DNA of 64,000 nucleotides from a virus: IMG/VR virus record IMGVR_UViG_3300045988_157190, positions 32,001 to 96,000 of that record; one strand, 5' to 3'. Shown piece by piece: positions 61,675 to 64,000 of this stretch (position 1 is its first letter; each line of letters starts with the position of its first letter). The notes under the pieces were generated by a model. It saw only the letters and a program-made list of their open reading frames with translations, ran no database searches and was not told where the DNA came from. The position numbers and the translations under genes were made by a program.

Positions 61675-62687
61675 GTATGGCAGGTGGAAAAGTAAGAAAA
61701 TTGAATGCGTCCCCCGAAGCAATTTCATTCGGGTTCATTGTTGTTCCCAATGGAGTGGACAGGGATTTGTATGTGGAAACTTGTTTAAGAAGAGGTCGTG
61801 TTTCTGTCATGGGAAATGGGGGAGCTTTCTTTCGGGATATTTATATAACAAATGAAGTTTTGGCTAATATTGAGTTCCCGGAGAAAGAAAATGAACAAGG
61901 GTCGGCTGTAGTGATAGCGAGCAACCCGTATGACGGTGTTCCTATTGTGATAGGGAGCTATCCGAGAAATGATCAGTCTCCTATGTGGAAAGAGAATACA
62001 TTCCAGTTCAGAAAGACAGTAGGGAATGTGACTGCATCCTTATCGGTTGATCCGGCTAACAATGCAGTAATTGTTTCAATTAATTCTCCCGAAAAAGCAT
62101 CCGTAAAGGTTCTTGCTACAGGATCAGAAGAATCGGAGGTAATTGTTGAATCCACTGGAAGCGTGAATGTGACCGGAGGAACAAATGTTTCCGTAAAGGG
62201 ATACACACAGATAGAGGCAAAGGTTGTGAATCCAGAAAAACCGGAAGAAGAGGAAAGAAAAATCTCTATGGATTTGGAAAAGGTTTATTTTCATTGGAAA
62301 ACGGAGGAAATGGAACAATCTTTACAGGTGAACAATAACGGTGTATCGGTAAAGATTGGTGAAGAAGTTCAAAGCACGATAACGAAAGAACAGTTGGATT
62401 TGAAAACGGGAGCATCCACATTGAAAATGAATAATGATATTATCGAGTTCAATGGAGGCGGACTAAAGGGTCTTGTGGAACTCGATAACCTTACAAGTAA
62501 ATTGAACACTTTTGTTCAGTCTTTCAATTCTTTTGTAAGCACTTATAATACACATTCTCATCCCGTATCAACGGCAGGATCGGCAACAGCACAGACAGGT
62601 TCAACTACAGGTATTGTCGGGAGTGCACAAACGGCACAATCATTCAATGCTTCTGATTATGAGAATGAAAAGATAACACAAGGATAG
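61671..62687 (+). CDS. central spike-like baseplate protein
   Basis: Position, and a C-terminal YNTHSHPV His motif reminiscent of metal-binding spike tips. Weak. Confidence 0.4.
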   Translation: MSMAGGKVRKLNASPEAISFGFIVVPNGVDRDLYVETCLRRGRVSVMGNGGAFFRDIYITNEVLANIEFPEKENEQGSAVVIASNPYDGVPIVIGSYPRNDQSPMWKENTFQFRKTVGNVTASLSVDPANNAVIVSINSPEKASVKVLATGSEESEVIVESTGSVNVTGGTNVSVKGYTQIEAKVVNPEKPEEEERKISMDLEKVYFHWKTEEMEQSLQVNNNGVSVKIGEEVQSTITKEQLDLKTGASTLKMNNDIIEFNGGGLKGLVELDNLTSKLNTFVQSFNSFVSTYNTHSHPVSTAGSATAQTGSTTGIVGSAQTAQSFNASDYENEKITQG

Positions 62688-62739
62688 GAGAATGTGGGAA
62701 AAGTTTGTACTTTTGGGAAACAATTAAATTTTTACAGCC

Positions 62740-63522
62740 GTGGCAGTTTTGGATTCAGTGGTAAAAACAGCGAAATCGACACTTAAAAATTTGGGTCGCT
62801 CCATGATGGCGGCGCAATTCCCAAATGATTTTGAAGTGTATATGTGTTCTTTGGAGTTGGCAGATTCTAAAGGGAACACAATTGATGTCTTTACTTTCCC
62901 TATCAGCCCGGAGAGTATAGATAAGAGTGAACCGAAAAGAACTACGGTAGTCAATACGGCAGGAGGCATAACGGTACTCACTTCTCCTGTTTTCATGCCG
63001 CAGACGATCACGATAAAGGGGAATTTTGGAAGGACATTCAAGATTCTTTTAAGCGGTTCTGATAGCGTTTCGTTGACAGGTGCAGCTTTTAGTATCTCGG
63101 CAGGAAAGCGTTATCTCTATCAATTACAGGGAAAATCTACAAGTTCTCTCACTATGCCTTCCTTTGATGCCGGTATTAAAACGGGATATGGTTGTATCAA
63201 GATATTACAATCTATCATAGATAAAAGCAATGGAGTGGACGAGAACGGGTTTCCCATGAAACTTTTCTTCTATAACATGGCACTTGGAGAAAGCTATCTT
63301 GTTACGATTCCACCACGTGGCGTTAATTTCAGTCAGAGCATATCAAAGAATATGATATGGGAATACAATCTTGAAATGACTGTTATAGCTCCTTTAGAAG
63401 CGGTTTCGGGAACAAGTGGTAGTAAAGGTTCGCTTTTGGAAATGTGCGCCTCTAATGTAATACAAAAGGGTATAAATGAATTTGCAAGTTCAATCTCTAA
63501 AGGTTTGTTGGGCAATGAATGA
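62740..63522 (+). CDS. baseplate protein (by position)
   Basis: GTG start. ORF track. Confidence 0.45.
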   Translation: MAVLDSVVKTAKSTLKNLGRSMMAAQFPNDFEVYMCSLELADSKGNTIDVFTFPISPESIDKSEPKRTTVVNTAGGITVLTSPVFMPQTITIKGNFGRTFKILLSGSDSVSLTGAAFSISAGKRYLYQLQGKSTSSLTMPSFDAGIKTGYGCIKILQSIIDKSNGVDENGFPMKLFFYNMALGESYLVTIPPRGVNFSQSISKNMIWEYNLEMTVIAPLEAVSGTSGSKGSLLEMCASNVIQKGINEFASSISKGLLGNE

Positions 63523-64000
63523 AGCATTTGAAAAATTTTACAACGTAACAGGATATGATATAAAGTCATATTTCCAGAAGTTCGTTGATTTCTGTACCAA
63601 CGACTATCCTCTTATTGTGGACTATTATAGTAATGGTGGAGAGATGGACAAGGATTCTTTTTTGCGCCTTGTGGAACTTGTGAGAGAATCGGAAACGATT
63701 GAGCCTTTGTTCATCTTACATGAAAATACTTTGGATGACATTTCCATGTGGGAAATTTTGGACAACTTTACGGAGACACAGACAAAACTTTCCACTATTA
63801 AAAGTTCTGCAAGGTGGCTTAGAAGTTCTTCTTTAGACAGGAACAATACTTTGCAGATGGAAAAGACACTTCGGACAGGTGAGCGTTTTGAAGATGTGGC
63901 ACGTCAGCTTAATAGTTCTAATCCAGAAGATGATTGGATGAACATTACAATACCGCAGTATATAGAAGAAACTGATTATTCGTTCTCTGATGGAGGGAAC
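63515..64000 (+). CDS. baseplate protein, 5' part (runs off window end)
   Basis: Hand-translated MNEAFEKFYNVTGYDIKSYFQKF... is open to the window edge. The start overlaps the upstream stop. Confidence 0.5.
   Translation, partial: MNEAFEKFYNVTGYDIKSYFQKFVDFCTNDYPLIVDYYSNGGEMDKDSFLRLVELVRESETIEPLFILHENTLDDISMWEILDNFTETQTKLSTIKSSARWLRSSSLDRNNTLQMEKTLRTGERFEDVARQLNSSNPEDDWMNITIPQYIEETDYSFSDGGN

Noticed and set aside
1-64000. CRISPR array, tRNA/tmRNA genes, reverse transcriptase/DGR, integrase
   Set aside because: I saw no regularly spaced 25-40-bp repeats and no cloverleaf or T-loop (GTTCRANYC) candidates in the intergenic gaps. No YxDD-type RT motif and no tyrosine or serine recombinase motif appears in any ORF. 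The BACON-like repeats are only about 65% identical at the DNA level, without adenine-specific differences, so they are not a TR/VR pair.
1-64000. Alternative genetic code (stop-codon reassignment), as known in some gut phages
   Set aside because: All long replication and virion genes are uninterrupted in the standard code. The only in-frame stop noted (TAA at 24554-24556) is isolated.

Overview
This window is a 64-kb segment of a large, AT-rich tailed dsDNA phage with a contractile-tail virion module. I infer a Bacteroidota host from three things: start codons lack Shine-Dalgarno sequences, many intergenic TAnnTTTG -7 boxes are present, and one virion protein has BACON/Ig-like repeats. Layout: 1-12.1 kb (+) carries replication and repair genes (NAD-dependent ligase, Dam-type methyltransferase, SNF2 and UvrD-like helicases, RNase H). 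12.1-28.0 kb (-) carries mostly small unknown early/accessory genes and is split by a 2.2-kb ORF-free region (19.0-21.2 kb). 27.96-28.33 kb is a divergent control region next to an XRE-type HTH gene. 28.3-37 kb (+) carries accessory genes, a second ORF-free origin-like region (32.2-33.1 kb) and a basic Rep-like ORF. 37-64 kb (+) runs holin, portal, MuF, protease, scaffold, capsid, neck, sheath, tube, chaperones, tape measure and baseplate. The selfish-element load is high: three diverged TnpB-like RuvC nucleases without a zinc finger (one frameshifted in an A6 run, one wedged between virion genes, one flanked by promoter/terminator-delimited structured non-coding regions) and two free-standing HNH endonucleases. 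Leads worth follow-up: (1) the TnpB trio and its candidate guide-RNA regions; (2) a 20-bp palindrome TGTAACA-N6-TGTTACA fused to the -7 promoter box at about 8 intergenic sites, probably the operator of the small HTH protein; (3) a promoter-leader-terminator attenuator with an alternative 23-bp pairing just upstream of a Bro-N/KilAC antirepressor gene; (4) two related ORF-free, repeat-rich regions in opposite orientation bracketing the accessory island; (5) a MuF / Hint-like / Nudix gene string in the head module that resembles a virion-delivered cargo. All functional calls rest on motifs read by eye. No database search was run.
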